This document shows positions 13,663-27,645 of a stretch of 64,000 nt of DNA, piece after piece. The stretch covers positions 61,194,001 through 61,258,000 of the forward strand of contig OX597826.1 in the NCBI GenBank assembly GCA_951406725.2, given 5' to 3'. A program made the position numbers and the translations under genes. The notes under the pieces were generated by a model. That model did no database searches and had not been told where the DNA came from. It worked only from the letters and a program-made list of their open reading frames with translations. Positions within the stretch are counted from its first letter, which is position 1; each line of letters opens with the position of its first letter. Source of the stretch: Octopus vulgaris. Lineage: Eukaryota.

Positions 13663-13708
13663 TTAATGAGAAAAAGGTTTTAGGCATGCATGCATGCATG
13701 CTTGCAAA

Positions 13709-13745
<37 letters not shown>

Positions 13746-14164
13746 GGGTTTTCTCATTAGTGAAAAATACATTAGAAATGGAAACATTCTTCATCCCCTA
13801 ATACATCTTCGCTGCCAAACAAAATCAAAGACCCAACCCCCAAAGTGTTAACAGAAGGGCATGGCTGCAAAGGCCAGTCAGTGGGTTAGTAGGGTGCAAT
13901 CTAACAACCAGATCCAGTTAAATCAATGCTCACTAGGAGGGGGAGATAGTATGGTGTAGCGGGGGGGAAGGGTAAACATTTCTGAAAGCAGCAGCAGGAG
14001 CAGGAGCAACAAAAAAAAATAAACAAAAACTCCACAAAAAATAAAGTGAAAAACAAAATCATTCAATAATTTAAAAAATAATTTTTTTCTTTAAAAATGT
14101 TATTATTATTAATATTATCATTACTATTATATATATGATATATATTACACAATAATAATAATCA

Positions 14165-14379
14165 TGATCCTTTCTACTGTAGGCATAAGGCCTGGAATTT
14201 GTGAGAAAGGGATAAGTCAATTACATCGACCCCAGTGTTCAACTGGTACTTATTTTATCAACCCCAAAAGGATGAAAGGCAAAGTCGACCTCAATGGAGT
14301 TCAAATTCAAAATGTAAAAGTGAACAAAATGCCAAAAAGCATTTTGCCTGGTGAGCTAACAATTCTACCAGCTCACTAC

Positions 14380-14411
<32 letters not shown>

Positions 14412-16030
14412 GAGTAATAATAATAAATGGGAAAAAAAACAATGAAAAACAACAAAACAAAACTTAAAATTCAACAAATAAAGCAGTAGGATTTTTTTCA
14501 CCTGAGCTGTGGCAAGAACTGGAGCCACGAGAGGATACTTTCTTGGGAGTGCCTGGCGGTGAGGGGAGAGGTGTCGGACCATTCCCGTTAAAGCGACTTT
14601 CACAGCCTGAAGAAATAGGGTTGGCAAATCAGAATTGGTTTGAAATACATATGTGTTAGTGGTTTTGGGTGTGTTTCTTAATGATTTTTTTTGCACAATA
14701 ATAATAATTTCTAATGAGAGCAGTTGATTAAATTAAGATCAGTATTTAACTGGTCGTCTATTTTATCATCGCAGAAGGGAAAAAGGCAAATTCCACCTAG
14801 GCAGAATTTGAACTCAGAACATGAAGGGCCAGAAAAAATACTACAAGCTATTTTGGCCCATGTTCTACTGGTTCTGCTAATCCATCATCTTTCCAACTAT
14901 ATCAGTAATCCTTTCTACTATAGGCACAAATATGAAATTTAAAATATTTTTACTGGGAGGGTGCAAGTCTTTTACATCAATCCCAGAATATAACTCGTAC
15001 TTATTTCATCAAACCTGAAACGATGAAAGGCGGAACTGACCTCAACAGAATTTGAACTTGGAATATACAGATGAACAAAATGCCGCTAAACATTTTGTCC
15101 AGCATGCTAACAATTCGGCTAGCTTGCTGCTTTGGTGGTGGTGGTGGTGGTGATAATAATCCTTTCTTCTAAAGGAACAAGGCCTGAAATTTGGTGGGGG
15201 AAAGGGCTAACCGATCACATCAACTCCAGTGAGCACCTTATTTCATCGACTCTGAACGGACAAAAGGCAAAATTGACTTCAGAACATAAAACTGAACAAA
15301 ATGCTTAACGGCATTTCATCCGGTATGCTAATGATTCTACCAGCTTGCCGCTCTTGTCATAATAATAATAATCACCATCATGATCATTTAATGTCCGTTT
15401 TCCATGCTAGCATGGGTTGGACAGTTCGACTGGAGTCTGGAAAGCCAGGAGGCTGGGCTAGGCTCCAGTCTGCTCTGGCAGTGTTTCTACAGCTGGATGC
15501 CCTTCCTAACGCCAACCACTCCATGAGTATAGTGGGTGCTTTTTACATGGATTATTATTTTTTTTTTTTAAGTAAAATAATAATAATAATAAAATTAAAA
15601 TAATAATTTTAAAAAAATAATAATAATAATCCTTTCTACTATAGGCACAAGACCTGAAATTTTGGGGGATGGGACTAGTCGATTACATCGACCTCAGTGT
15701 TTCACTGGTACTTAATTTATCAGCCCCGAAAGGATGAAAGGCAAAGTCAACCTCAGTGGAATTTGAACTCAGATCATAGAAACAGGCAAAATACCGCTAA
15801 GCATTTCGTCCGGCACACTAACAATTCTGCCAGCTCACCACCTTAATAATAATAATAACAATAATAACTATTGTTATTATTGTTGTTCCTATTGTTATTT
15901 CTTACATAGGCACAAAGCCAGAAATACAGAGCAGGGAGAGAACAATTAATTATGTTGGCATCCAGTATTTAACTGATACATTTTACTGGTCCCAGAAGGA
16001 TGAAAGGCAATGCTTTCTAACATGTACACA
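14165..16030 (-). mobile_element. Cluster of about six family C SINEs around exon 14502-14606 (others at 5440-5862, 16720-16920, 27190-27400, 35082-35290, 49956-50172, 57135-57355, 59575-59775)
   Basis: Repeated aaaggatgaaaggcaaagtc...gaatttgaactcagaac core, separated by (AAT)n. Confidence 0.8.
14502..14606 (-). CDS. MYCBP2: MYCBP2 exon: GCESRFNGNGPTPLPSPPGTPKKVSSRGSSSCHSS
   Basis: cttcag/gtgaaa boundaries, phase 1 to 1; continues the motif ELVKALG-ESRxNGNGxTP. Confidence 0.88.
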
Positions 16031-16158
16031 ACCATACAAATTTTGATGGTTGGTTTGTGCAACTGTATTTTAACTATGACATATTTCACTGACACCACCA
16101 CCCATCCACCTCTGGGACAGAGGGATGGAAAAGTCTGCCCATGTCCCACTTTACTATA

Positions 16159-16222
<64 letters not shown>

Positions 16223-16972
16223 TGAAAACAAAAATTGCAGGAGACACTAAAATGATAATGAAATAAAAAAATTATTAAATAAGCATAGTGTGGTTTGAGG
16301 GATGGTAGGGTGCATGTAACATTGAAATTTGAAACCTGTAGAAAAAAAATTGGTTTACAGAATTCCTTGCAATAGGAAAAAAATACAATCAAAATTTGAT
16401 AACAGAAATTAAATACAATTTTTGGAAAAGTGGATCTTGAAGCATATACAGCTAAAAATAATAGCATGGAAATAACTGGGCTGAAACCACTTTTGGATAG
16501 AAAATGGGAAATGGCAAAAGCAGGCCACAAGACACCAACCAATATTTCCTATAGACATGGCAGGAGCCTATTACTATCCAAAAAGGTTTCACAACCCAAT
16601 ATTTATATGCTGTTATTTATACAGCCATATGTGCTTCAAGATCCACCGTTCCAAAGAAGAATTGTTTCATGTGCACTTGAAAGCTTAGACATTCTTATAA
16701 CATATAAATTTATTTTGGCAGAATCATTAGCAGGCCAGACAAAATGCTTTGCAGCACTTCTTTCAGATTTTATCTCATGGGTTCAAATTCCACTGAGGTC
16801 AATTTTGTCTTTCACCCTTTCATAGATGTCAAAATAAGTACCAGTTGAGCACTGGGGTGATGTAATCAACTAGCTCACTTCCCCTACAAATTTCAGCCTT
16901 TTACCTATGGTAGAAAGGGTTTTGTGCATATAGCAGAAAGGATTATAATATATATTAAATATAAATATATAT

Positions 16973-17144
16973 GCGTAGGAGTGGCTGTGTGGTAAGTAGC
17001 TTGCTTACCAACTACATGGTCCCGGGTTCAGTCCCACTGCGTGGCACCTAGGGGAAGTGTCTTCTACAATAGCCTCGGGCCGACCAAAGCCTTGTGAGTG
17101 AATTTGGTAGACGGAAACTGAAAGAAGCCTGTCGTATATATGTA

Positions 17145-17209
<65 letters not shown>

Positions 17210-17413
17210 TTGTGTGTCTGTCCCCCCAACATCACTTGACAACCGATGCTGGTGTGTTTACGTCCCCGTAACTTAGCGGTTCGGCAAAAGAGACCGATAG
17301 AATAAGTACTAGGCTTCCAAAGAATAAGTCCTGGGGTCGATTTGCCCGACTAAAAAGGCGGTGCTCCAGCATGGCCGCAGTCAAATGACTGAAACAAGTA
17401 AAAGGGTAAAAGG
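16973..17413 (+). mobile_element. Family B SINE, full length
   Basis: gcgtaggagtggctgtgtggtaag head, internal (TA)n(TG)n tract, gactgaaacaagtaaaag tail. Confidence 0.88.
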
Positions 17414-17872
17414 GATAACATATATTAATGCTTGATATCAACAAGTATACTATTAACAGCAGCACTACAGATTAAAGCAGAAGTAGCCATAAATATACAC
17501 ATAACTTGGGATTATATAAATCCAAATTATGCAAATAACACATCTATATAACATAAACCAGATACCCAACTCATCTACAGCCTACCTCACAGAGCAGGCT
17601 CATTATGATGGAAATAACAGCTAAATCTCAATCAGATCGTAGTGCATCACCTTTCGAATTAAGAAAGGACACATTAGATGTTGTAGTCCTATATATATTG
17701 TTTCAAAAACAGAAAAATAAATGGAATAGTCATATCTGGTATACCTTCAATCACAGGTTGTCAGTTTAATCACTGATATCCTAGAGCTGAACAACAATAA
17801 GGGAATATGTAAATTACACAATATAAAAGGAAATATGTTTAGGGGTGAAAAAAACCTGTAGTCAGTTGTGAT

Positions 17873-17950
17873 GACTATAATCTACAACTAGCCCCTAATG
17901 GGGAAGATTTGCTTTTCTTCCCCACTAAAGGCTAGTTGCAGATTATAGTC
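17873..17950 (-). ncRNA. 78-nt hairpin; candidate intronic pre-miRNA or tiny MITE
   Basis: 35-bp arms, 8-nt loop; all four mismatches are A-C on + and so G-U pairs on the transcribed - strand. Confidence 0.35.
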
Positions 17951-18537
17951 TTTATGGAGATATATCCTTCATCAACCCATGAAAGATGAAAATCTTAGGC
18001 AACTCTACTGAGATTTCCCCACTGTTTTACTAATTGTGTCATACATTGCTTCGTTATTCACTAAAAGGCTAGACATAATGTGACAGGAAATAACTAATCC
18101 AATCTAATAACACCAGCATTTTACTGGTTCTTATTTAGTCCAAGTCTGTGAAAAGATGAAAGGTCAACTGAGACTCAAAATGAGATCAACGTAATGTAAC
18201 TATATACTGCAATACATTTTGTCAACACCCTGCCAATTCTGCTTAGCACCATCACCACTACTAACACCAAAAACATGTTCACAACTGAAACAAAAAGAAT
18301 ATGTAAACATTTAATACTAACCATGATAGAACATGTAATTCGAAATCATATATAAATACATATAAGGATATTACTGGTGCATATATACATCCATGCATAT
18401 ATCATAGTCTCCTACATATATCATAGATTCACACATACATTACAAACTCATATTACAGATATACAATGTATGTGTCTGACACACATATATCATAGATATG
18501 TGTGTGACACATAGATACACAATAAGTCTATGATATA

Positions 18538-18574
<37 letters not shown>

Positions 18575-18830
18575 CAAACTCATAGATATTCAATGAGTGT
18601 ATAGTACAGACTCATATATTATAGATACACTAAGTATGCATGTGTGTGTATGCATGCGTGCATACACACACACACAGAGGAGAAGTGTATGTCATTAGCT
18701 TTAAAATTTCAAAGTAGATATAAACAATATACACATCAAATATTTCTATGGCTACAAAGAAGCCATATTATAATCAAGAGATATCACAGGAAGTATTTAA
18801 AATGCATACACAAAGATATAGCAAAAAATA

Positions 18831-18879
<49 letters not shown>

Positions 18880-21800
18880 AGCACAACATTCATGCAATAT
18901 TCAATTAGACAACAGGATTTTTTTTTTTAAATGATATTCAAAATTTGTGTTTATTATCTTAAGATTCAAATAATCCAAATAGCATTTCTCCCAGTAATCT
19001 TACAAATAAAGCTGTAATTTTATTATTATTTTGTTATATTTTAATGTCTTATTTATCATTAAATTTATTTTGTATTATATTATTATACCATCATATACCA
19101 ATGTTGTTTTACTAATCTGGTAAAGGAGTGAAATAGTATGTATACAATAAAAAAAAAAGACGCACCTAGTTGTGACACCTTAAATTACTTAAAAATGAAA
19201 CATTTTATTATAAGTAAGCAGTGTTAGTTGATTATAATATATGAAAGTAGAAAATTCCATCAAGAAAAAATTATTTTATGCAAAGAAAATAAATAAATGA
19301 TGAGATCATAATAGATCAAGATGGCAAACATCTTAGATGAAACAAAGTAGGATTGAGGTAAGTCATGCTATGACACATTGTCAAAACACCCCACCCATGC
19401 CTGCATGGAAGAAAAATGTCATAAATGAATGAATAAGAATACTCTACATGCCAGAAGCAAAATTTCCAAGTCACACTGCTACAGCCTTAAAAGAAAGGTC
19501 AAACTGGATAATGTACACAATAAAAAAAAATAGATAAATGGAATGAACAATGTTGGAATGCCTCTAATCTTGATGATATGTGTTTATAGTGATCAATGAT
19601 CAAACACTGGCATCTAAGCTAAAGAGACTGGCATTTAAGCCAATGGAAAATTTAGCCCTCATTTTACCACCCCTAAAGATAAGAGATAAACTTCAAATCA
19701 GTGGATGATGATACTCCAAAAAGAAACAGACATCACAAATGCTTAAGTAAAAAAGGGTCTAAATATCATAACTTCCCATCTGTCTAATCTCTGTCTAAAA
19801 CAAAATGATGTTTCATATCTTTGCTGTGGAACGCAGTATGTGTGTGCAATCAGAGATGAAATCCAACCCCTTCGGTTAGGATACTGGCAGGCAAACAACT
19901 TGATCAGTTGTGACTGTGATTTCTCTTCTTTACTGGAACCAGTATAGATATGTGAAGAACATGACTGATATGATGTGTGGTATAATACACCTATAGTTAA
20001 AGAACAAATCAGATCCATAGACATCCTCACCGTCTCTCACACACACACACACAGGTAAAATTTCAAAGTTGATTGTAAAGAGATGCAACAGGATTCTAAT
20101 ATCAGAATAGTAAGCCTTAAAAAATACATATAAGAAATGTAATAATCTTAGACTGTGACTGGCAACGAAAATTACCTTTATTTTAACAATCTTGTCGAAA
20201 GAAAAGTAGGTAGTGTTCCCACAGGCATCATAACATTTCCCAAGCTATTTACTTTTCTTTGGACTGTATATAAAAAAAGTGAGGTTTTCACCATTTTCCC
20301 CAACATCAGACACTAATAATGTATCAAAAGATTTTACAATCATATTTCTGGTTAGTAGTGTACCTAAACATTTTACAGTACATCAATGTTTATAAGAGAT
20401 GTTAAGCAAGAGGAAGTGGGTAAGAGAGGGCTGCAGTTTGAGGGGTAAAAAAGATGAGTAACCCTAAAAAAAAAAAAAGAAAAAAAAACCATTCGTCTAA
20501 TGAAAAAGATCTGGTGAGTGTGTCCCAATTTTTTCTACTCTAGGTACAAGGCGTGTGTCCCAATATAGCACTCAGTAGGAGACACAAATATCATTAAGAA
20601 AATGTCCCATACATATGATATAATTTAACCCTTTACAGATGAAAGCTTACTGGTGCACTAATTACTTTGTCACCTAAGGAGATAGCCTACCAGTGTTAAA
20701 AGTGGGGTGGTCTGCAATAAAACGAATCAATCCAGAATAAGCTACTGGTGCTTATTTTTACTGAGTCACTGGGGAAGAAATGCAAAGCTGACATGAATAG
20801 GATTCGAAATCAGAATGAAGGAGGACATCACTGAACACTATCACTTAGTCCACTTAATACTTCGGCATTCAAACCAACTATATCTGGCCAAAATAATCTT
20901 ATGTTTTATCATCGAACTGGCCAGATCCAGCCTCTCACACTTAATCTACAATATCATTCTAAAAATAATCACATTCATTGCAATTTCAAAGCTATGAGAT
21001 AATGAATGATTAAGCCAAAACAGTATGACTATATAAGATTCACATTTGACGCAGAAATCTCAATGCTAAAGGTTTAAACAGTCACATTACTAGCTGAGCT
21101 GCCTCCACCAGTGTATTGTGATACTTTACTATCTAAGCTACCAACTTCTACTACTGCAATCTAGCACTGTACTGTCATACTCTACTTATTTTAGCTACTT
21201 CAACCTATACTCAGCTTATCTCAGCTACTTCTACCTACACCACACTCTACTTAGCTACTTCTACCAGTTTTATGACACTTTACTGTCTGAGTCATTCTGC
21301 CATTTTATTGAGGAACCAACACCAAAGAGTTTGTCATGTTCTCAGCAAGACTAATGAGTCCTCTCTAACATTATTTCCATTCACTTGCTAATTACTTTAA
21401 GGGTGTGCACGATGCATTTTATTACATGGCATTAATGCTAGTAAGGGTTGCTTTGTCTCCTGCAAAATTAAGGGGGTTTTCATTCATTCGAGGCAAATAT
21501 GACTAGGATTATGAAAAGAAGGGAGTGGACACCATAAGGATGAAAGAGGAGAGAATCAGTGTAATAGAATGAAACAAGGTGATGATAGAAGATTAAGTAA
21601 TAGAAGATAGATAGTTGTTGAGAAAGATGTTGAATGGAAACATGAACAGTGTAATTGGGGAGCAATAATGATGGGTGATGGAAAGATATAGGGAGTAAGT
21701 GGTGGAAACACTAAAGATGTGCGGTGGTAAATGAGAATGGTAGATATGAATGAAGAGTTGCAGAGGGAAAAGAGAATGGCAGCTTGTAGTAGAGGGTAAA

Positions 21801-22784
21801 AATATCTGAAGATGTCTAGAAGGAAAGGGAAAAAATGATTTTTCTCAATTTGGGACTTGAAGAAAATATCTCTAATGCCTTAATCATATTGAGTGGAATA
21901 ATCAATGAAAGAAATCAGTTCTATGAAGTAGTCAAAATAAAACCAGTTAAAATGAATTAAATATACTAGGACACATACAAGTTCATAGACACAGATGCAC
22001 AGAATTACATGCATACACAAATTATGTGATTATGGAAATGAAGAAAAAAATGAACCATCAAAGAAGTCTCAGCTCTTAGTTTAATTTACTAATTAAGTTT
22101 CTCAAATGTACACTGACAACATCATGGTAAATTGTGAGGCTTCTTTCTTTTTTTTTAATTAACATTTAGCAATATTTCTGGAAAGTTGAGAAACAAAATT
22201 TTTTTCCACAATTCTTTCCACACGACTAGAAGCTAGATACTGTAAAAAAAAGTTTTTAAATAATAAAAAAAGTAATCATAATACTAATAATAATAAGACA
22301 AAAAAGAAATGGGGTGAATAAAGCCAAGAATAGAAAAGCAACAAAACCAAGATCTCACTGATACAAAAACAACAAACAAAAGCAACCCTAATGAAAAAAA
22401 TGTCAGAAATCAAAATTATTTATAAAAATACAAACAGTAAGTCAAATAAAATTAGATGATATTTATTTCTGTGAGCCACTGCAGAGGACAGTCTACATGT
22501 ACATGTGTCATATATATATGTATATATACTGGTCAAGTCAGTCTTTTGCTATGCTATTCTGAATTTTGACAGCAAGTACACAGAGTCTTCAGGCAAGTTA
22601 CAACTGAAGGAAATGTATGTGTTTGCATTTTGATTTTGGCAATGTATGAGTATGAATTCCATAATCCTCTATTTTCGAAAGGAATTTTATAAGGTATGTT
22701 AATGCACTCACCTAGTCTTTTCCTATCTAACCTGGTTTTGTATCAACATTTACTACATTATATATTAAATAACATAGTAAATGT

Positions 22785-22829
<45 letters not shown>

Positions 22830-22952
22830 AATATTTTCTCTTATGTTCAGTTATGATACAAACAACTTTACGTTAATCTGGGTTACTCTATACTTTTATA
22901 GAGTAGAAATTTATTATTCTTGGACAAGAATGCTCACAGTGACTTTGAAGTT

Positions 22953-23007
22953 TTGACCAGCAGTCCGATGATGGCTTAGCTGGCCGAAACCACAAAGTCA
23001 CTGTCAA
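22953..23007 (+). ncRNA. Minimal type I hammerhead variant (CCGAUGA core)
   Basis: cagt-CCGAUGA-u-ggct/ggcc-GAAA-c...GUC-actg; U4C change. Confidence 0.55.
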
Positions 23008-24214
23008 CAACATTCTGTCTAAAAATGATAAATATATATATATATACACATATATGCTGATTGCATCTTCTTGTGCCATTGCTTCGTTGAATGTTGCATG
23101 ATCATGTGCAAACAAGTAGCTTTTCAGTCCAGCTTCCATTCTGCAGGAACATTCACAGATGTGATGCTTATTTCTCTTTTCAGTACAAATGTACCATGCT
23201 GCACATTACAGGAGAACCATCTCACAAGCAGCTTGATTTCTCCCTGTCTCATGTGACTTTAGAAGACTGACAAACTAAGCCCTTGAGAGAAGACATTATC
23301 CACACACACACACACACACACACTACAATTCAATCCCTGTTGGGATCCTGCAAGCGTTGCACTTGGACTCCCCTTACAGAATGGACACTTCAAAGCAGCT
23401 TCATTTTAGCTGAAAGATACCACTCTTTACTTGATAGTCTCTATCTATAACGTACAGCGTTTAGCCAATGTCTCCCAGATATCCATAAAGCCAAAGTAGA
23501 AACAGGCACGACCAAATGTTCAAGAAATTCACTTCAGAACTGTGAAGTCTTTGAGTTCCATCCCGCAGTAAGGCATCTTGAGCAAGTACCTTCTTAGATT
23601 AGATCAATTAAAACAAGGTTTCTCAATGAAATGGAGTAGAAGAGAAACAGTGGAAGCCTGTCAGATGGACTATTATTTAAAGGGCCAGCCTTGTTACAGT
23701 GTGTCATGCTGGTTCTGGCTGAGGATTAGGTTAATGGTGCAAGTGTCAGTGAAATACTCAGCCACTTACACTACAATTAAATGAATAGGGAGATCAGCTG
23801 GGTGAATATACTGGATTACTCATTCTTAAAACTAGCAGAGATTCATTTACTTCACACATACACACACACAACAACAGAAGTGTTAAGACCAGTCCCTCTG
23901 GTGGTGAAGAGCACTCATGTCAGTGCCACGTAAAAGTGCCCATGCGGAGCCACATAAAGACACCCATGTGGGGCTACATAAAAGCACCCAGCACACTCTG
24001 GAAAGGGGTTGGCATTAGGAAGGGCATCCAGCCATAGAAAGCATGCCAAATCAGACCGGAGTTTGGTGCAGCTTCTCAACTTGCTAGCTCTGATCAAACC
24101 GTCTAACCCATGCCAGCATGGACAATGGGTGTTAAATGATGATGATGATACAGACACACACAAACACATCTACACACACGTGCATGTGTGTCTGTGTGTG
24201 TGTATATATATATA

Positions 24215-24523
24215 TCACCGTGATCACCGTTACTGACCAGGCTCTCAGATGTTGCTACACATCGCTGGTCACAATGCGCTTCGCATTGTTTTAGCCTTCA
24301 AATGATGCCACCCTGCTGGCTAAGCGAGCAGGCCAACAGAAGAAAGAGTGAGAGAAAGTTGTGGCGAAAGAGTACAGTAGGGTTTGCCTCCACCACCCTG
24401 CCGGAGCCTCGTGGAGCTTCAAGTGTTTTCGTTCAATAAACACTCACAACGCCCAGTCTGGGAATCGAAACCGCGATCCTACGACCGCGAGTCCGCTGCC
24501 CTAACCACTGGGCCATTGCGCCT

Positions 24524-24526
<3 letters not shown>
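24215..24526 (-). mobile_element. tRNA-derived SINE (family A, different tail)
   Basis: Same head as 56-160; central domain shared with 59285-59445. Confidence 0.8.
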
Positions 24527-24570
<44 letters not shown>

Positions 24571-25477
24571 TACATACACATATGCACACACATATAAATA
24601 CAAACTTATATAAACATACATGTTTACGCAATTAAGCATTTGTGTATGGCCTTTAAATTATAAACAAAGCTATACACACCTCAGAGAGAATGCCTATCAT
24701 GTTATTGTGTGTGTGTGTGTGTGTATGTGAGTGTGCATGTATGTGAGTGTTTCCTCTGGAAGGTATTCTATCAAGAACTATTATTGAAAAGACCATGCAC
24801 ACGATGTTGTGTAAGCAACTGAAGTTTCAACAGCTTGGAAAATAAATTTCTACAATAAAATTCAGAAAACAAAATTACATTCAAATACAGAATATTCAAA
24901 TAAAGAATAAAAGAATTATGAATATTATAAATTGTAATAAACTAAAAGAGAGACAACCTTAAAAACAACTTGAAAAATGCAAAATAAGACATACATGTAC
25001 ACACACAAAAACAACAAACATTATGCATATATATATATATTTATACACAAACATACATATGCATGTCCATACTCATTTGTATATATAAACACACACACAT
25101 ACATGTATGCACACACACATGCATACACACATACACGCATATGTATGCATGCATACACATATCTAAGAACCAAAAATAGTTGAAACAACATCGGTACGAA
25201 ATCTATCAACATGTACTAATAACCTTCCAAAAATGTAGATACACTAAACATAGAAAAGAAAAAATAGTACCAAGTTTGTTTATATAGCCATGCAACTTGA
25301 TGCAAGCAAGTTGAAATAAAGAAAACAAAGATTAAATAAGATATATAAAAAATATGTAAGATTTTACAAAGTGAACCAAAATGCAGTTTACTACACACAG
25401 CATATCAAGTCAAATACAGTCAGAAAAGCCAGCCACCAAGTGATATTACACTATTAGGATATATATTTATATATCAT

Positions 25478-25585
25478 TCCATAATGGCTATCTCTGAAGA
25501 GTGCAGGGTTACATACTTGGACTGTTACCTAACATTCTGTTGAACCACTAGTGCGAAACTGATAGGTAAGATCAGCTGTAATGGA
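25478..25585 (+). ncRNA. Type I hammerhead ribozyme motif, core intact
   Basis: atct-CUGAAGA(25494-25500)-stem II-GAAA(25555-25558)-cugauagg-UA-agat; extended stem I; sister copy at 57866-57966. Confidence 0.65.
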
Positions 25586-26468
25586 TATATAATACTGTAA
25601 ATTTCTATATATACACATATGAGAAATTGGGATGACAAAGGAATAAACAATTATGCTATCAACTTCATTAGCTTACAGTTGTTTTTGCTACAAGATGCAA
25701 TGCACTCATAGTCGAAGTGCTTGAGTGTCACCCAATAGTTTCATCAGATATACACACATATATATATGCTGAGACCCCTTCAGTCAAGACTGACTGTTGG
25801 ACTGCACCTAGAAAGTTACCCTCCCAAGCACAAGTCCGGGCAAGGTTGTTTGTGGAAGACCAGCAGTCACCCATGCATGAAGGCTTGCAACACGTCACTC
25901 TGATTCATAGAGGTAATCATGGGCTCAGGTACACGACCCCATACAAGGTACCATGAAATAAAGGGAACAGAGACGCTTATGATTGCAAAACAAAGTCCAT
26001 AACCACAAAACACTGCGTGTCTGTGAGTTAGTATAACTCATTAGATGTGATAATGACAGATGTGATAATTAACAAAAACCTAGTATTCTGCAAAAAGGAA
26101 TTCTGCCAAGTACAGACTCTCTCTTCACATTCTCACAATCAGAATTGGAGTGAACCAGTGACTGGACCACCGGAAACCTTTAACCAATGGTGTTATTGTT
26201 TAAAAACTGTGACATAAAAAATCAAGAGCAAGCAAAGAGTTTGAACCAAGGTTTAGTACATGTTTTTATTTTCAAGCATTATTTAATAATTTTAAATTAT
26301 TAAATGCTAAAGTTTAATCCTTTAGCATTTAAACCAGCAATACCTGGCCCAAATATCCTGCCTCTTTTATGTTTAAATTGCCCTGATCCAACATCTAACA
26401 CTCACCCTACAATTTCATTCTTACAATGTATAATCATATCATTGAAATCTTGAAGCCACAAGATGATA

Positions 26469-26669
26469 TCTTTTACTTGTTTCAGTCATTTGACAGCGGC
26501 CATGCTGAAGCACTGCCTTTAGTCGAGCAAATCGAACCCAGGACTTATTCTTTGTAAGCCTAGTACTTATTCTATCGGTCTCTTTTGCCGAACCGCAAAG
26601 ATACGGGGACACAAACGCACCAGCATCGGTTGTCAAACGATGTTGGGGGGGGGCAAACACAGACACACA

Positions 26670-26732
<63 letters not shown>

Positions 26733-26889
26733 CATATATAGGACAGGCTTCTTTCATTTTCCACTCACAAGGCTTTGGTTGGCCCGAGCCTATAGTAGAA
26801 GACACTTGCCCAAGGTGCCACACAGTGGGATTGAACCCAGTACCATGTGGTTGGTAAGCAAGCTACTTACCACACAGCCACTACTGCGC
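26469..26889 (-). mobile_element. Family B SINE nested in a piggyBac MITE
   Basis: MITE sequence resumes collinearly on both sides. Confidence 0.85.
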
Positions 26890-27645
26890 GTATAATACAT
26901 GATTAATTCAAAACAATTTGAATAAGTATTACATTTGACTAATCTGAATACTACAGAGTTCATCAACACACAATAGTTTTTCTCCAATCTACATATCAGT
27001 ATTTATACAGATTAAGGAAGTTGGAACCCCAGAGTAGAAGCACAGGTTGCTAGTTCAGAGCCAACCAAGTAACCTACTGATATACATTTAAGCGAAATAG
27101 GAGGGGACCTAAAGAGGATTAGAGATTAATACATCCAAAATATGAGGGAAAAGAAACACGTGAAGAAAGTGGGGGTAAATTTAAATATTGGTTTCGAATT
27201 TTGGAACAAGGCCAGGCAAACTTCGGAGAGAAGTAAATCAATCACATCGACCCCCAGCACTCAACTGGTACTTATTTTATCAACTGTGAAATAATGAAAG
27301 GCAAAGTCGACCCTGGTGGGATTTGAACTCAGAACATAAAGCCAGAAGAAATGCCCCTAAGTATTTTGTCCAGCATGTTAATTATTCTTCCAGGTTACCA
27401 GCTTCAGAAATAAAAAAATTAAAACACTTAAAATTAACACCGATATTGAAGAAACCTGCCTGTGGTTAAACAAACAGATATAGCACACAGATCTCTTTTA
27501 CATCACACTTTACCATATTGCATGAAGAAAAGGAAGGATACACTCAGTAATGTAGTTCTAGACACAGTATGTCTATGTGAATAAGACATGATGGGCAAGG
27601 CTAGAATACATAGCTCAGCCAAATCAGTGCTTAACAGCAATAACA

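Noticed and set aside
13684-13701. (GCAT)n run containing several TGCATG motifs
   Set aside because: A tetranucleotide microsatellite; the motif is too common in this repeat background to call regulatory.
25217-25243. Possible 27-nt microexon after a good tttag acceptor
   Set aside because: The in-frame donor (TTA|gtacat) is weak and the better donor gives a frameshifting 20 nt.
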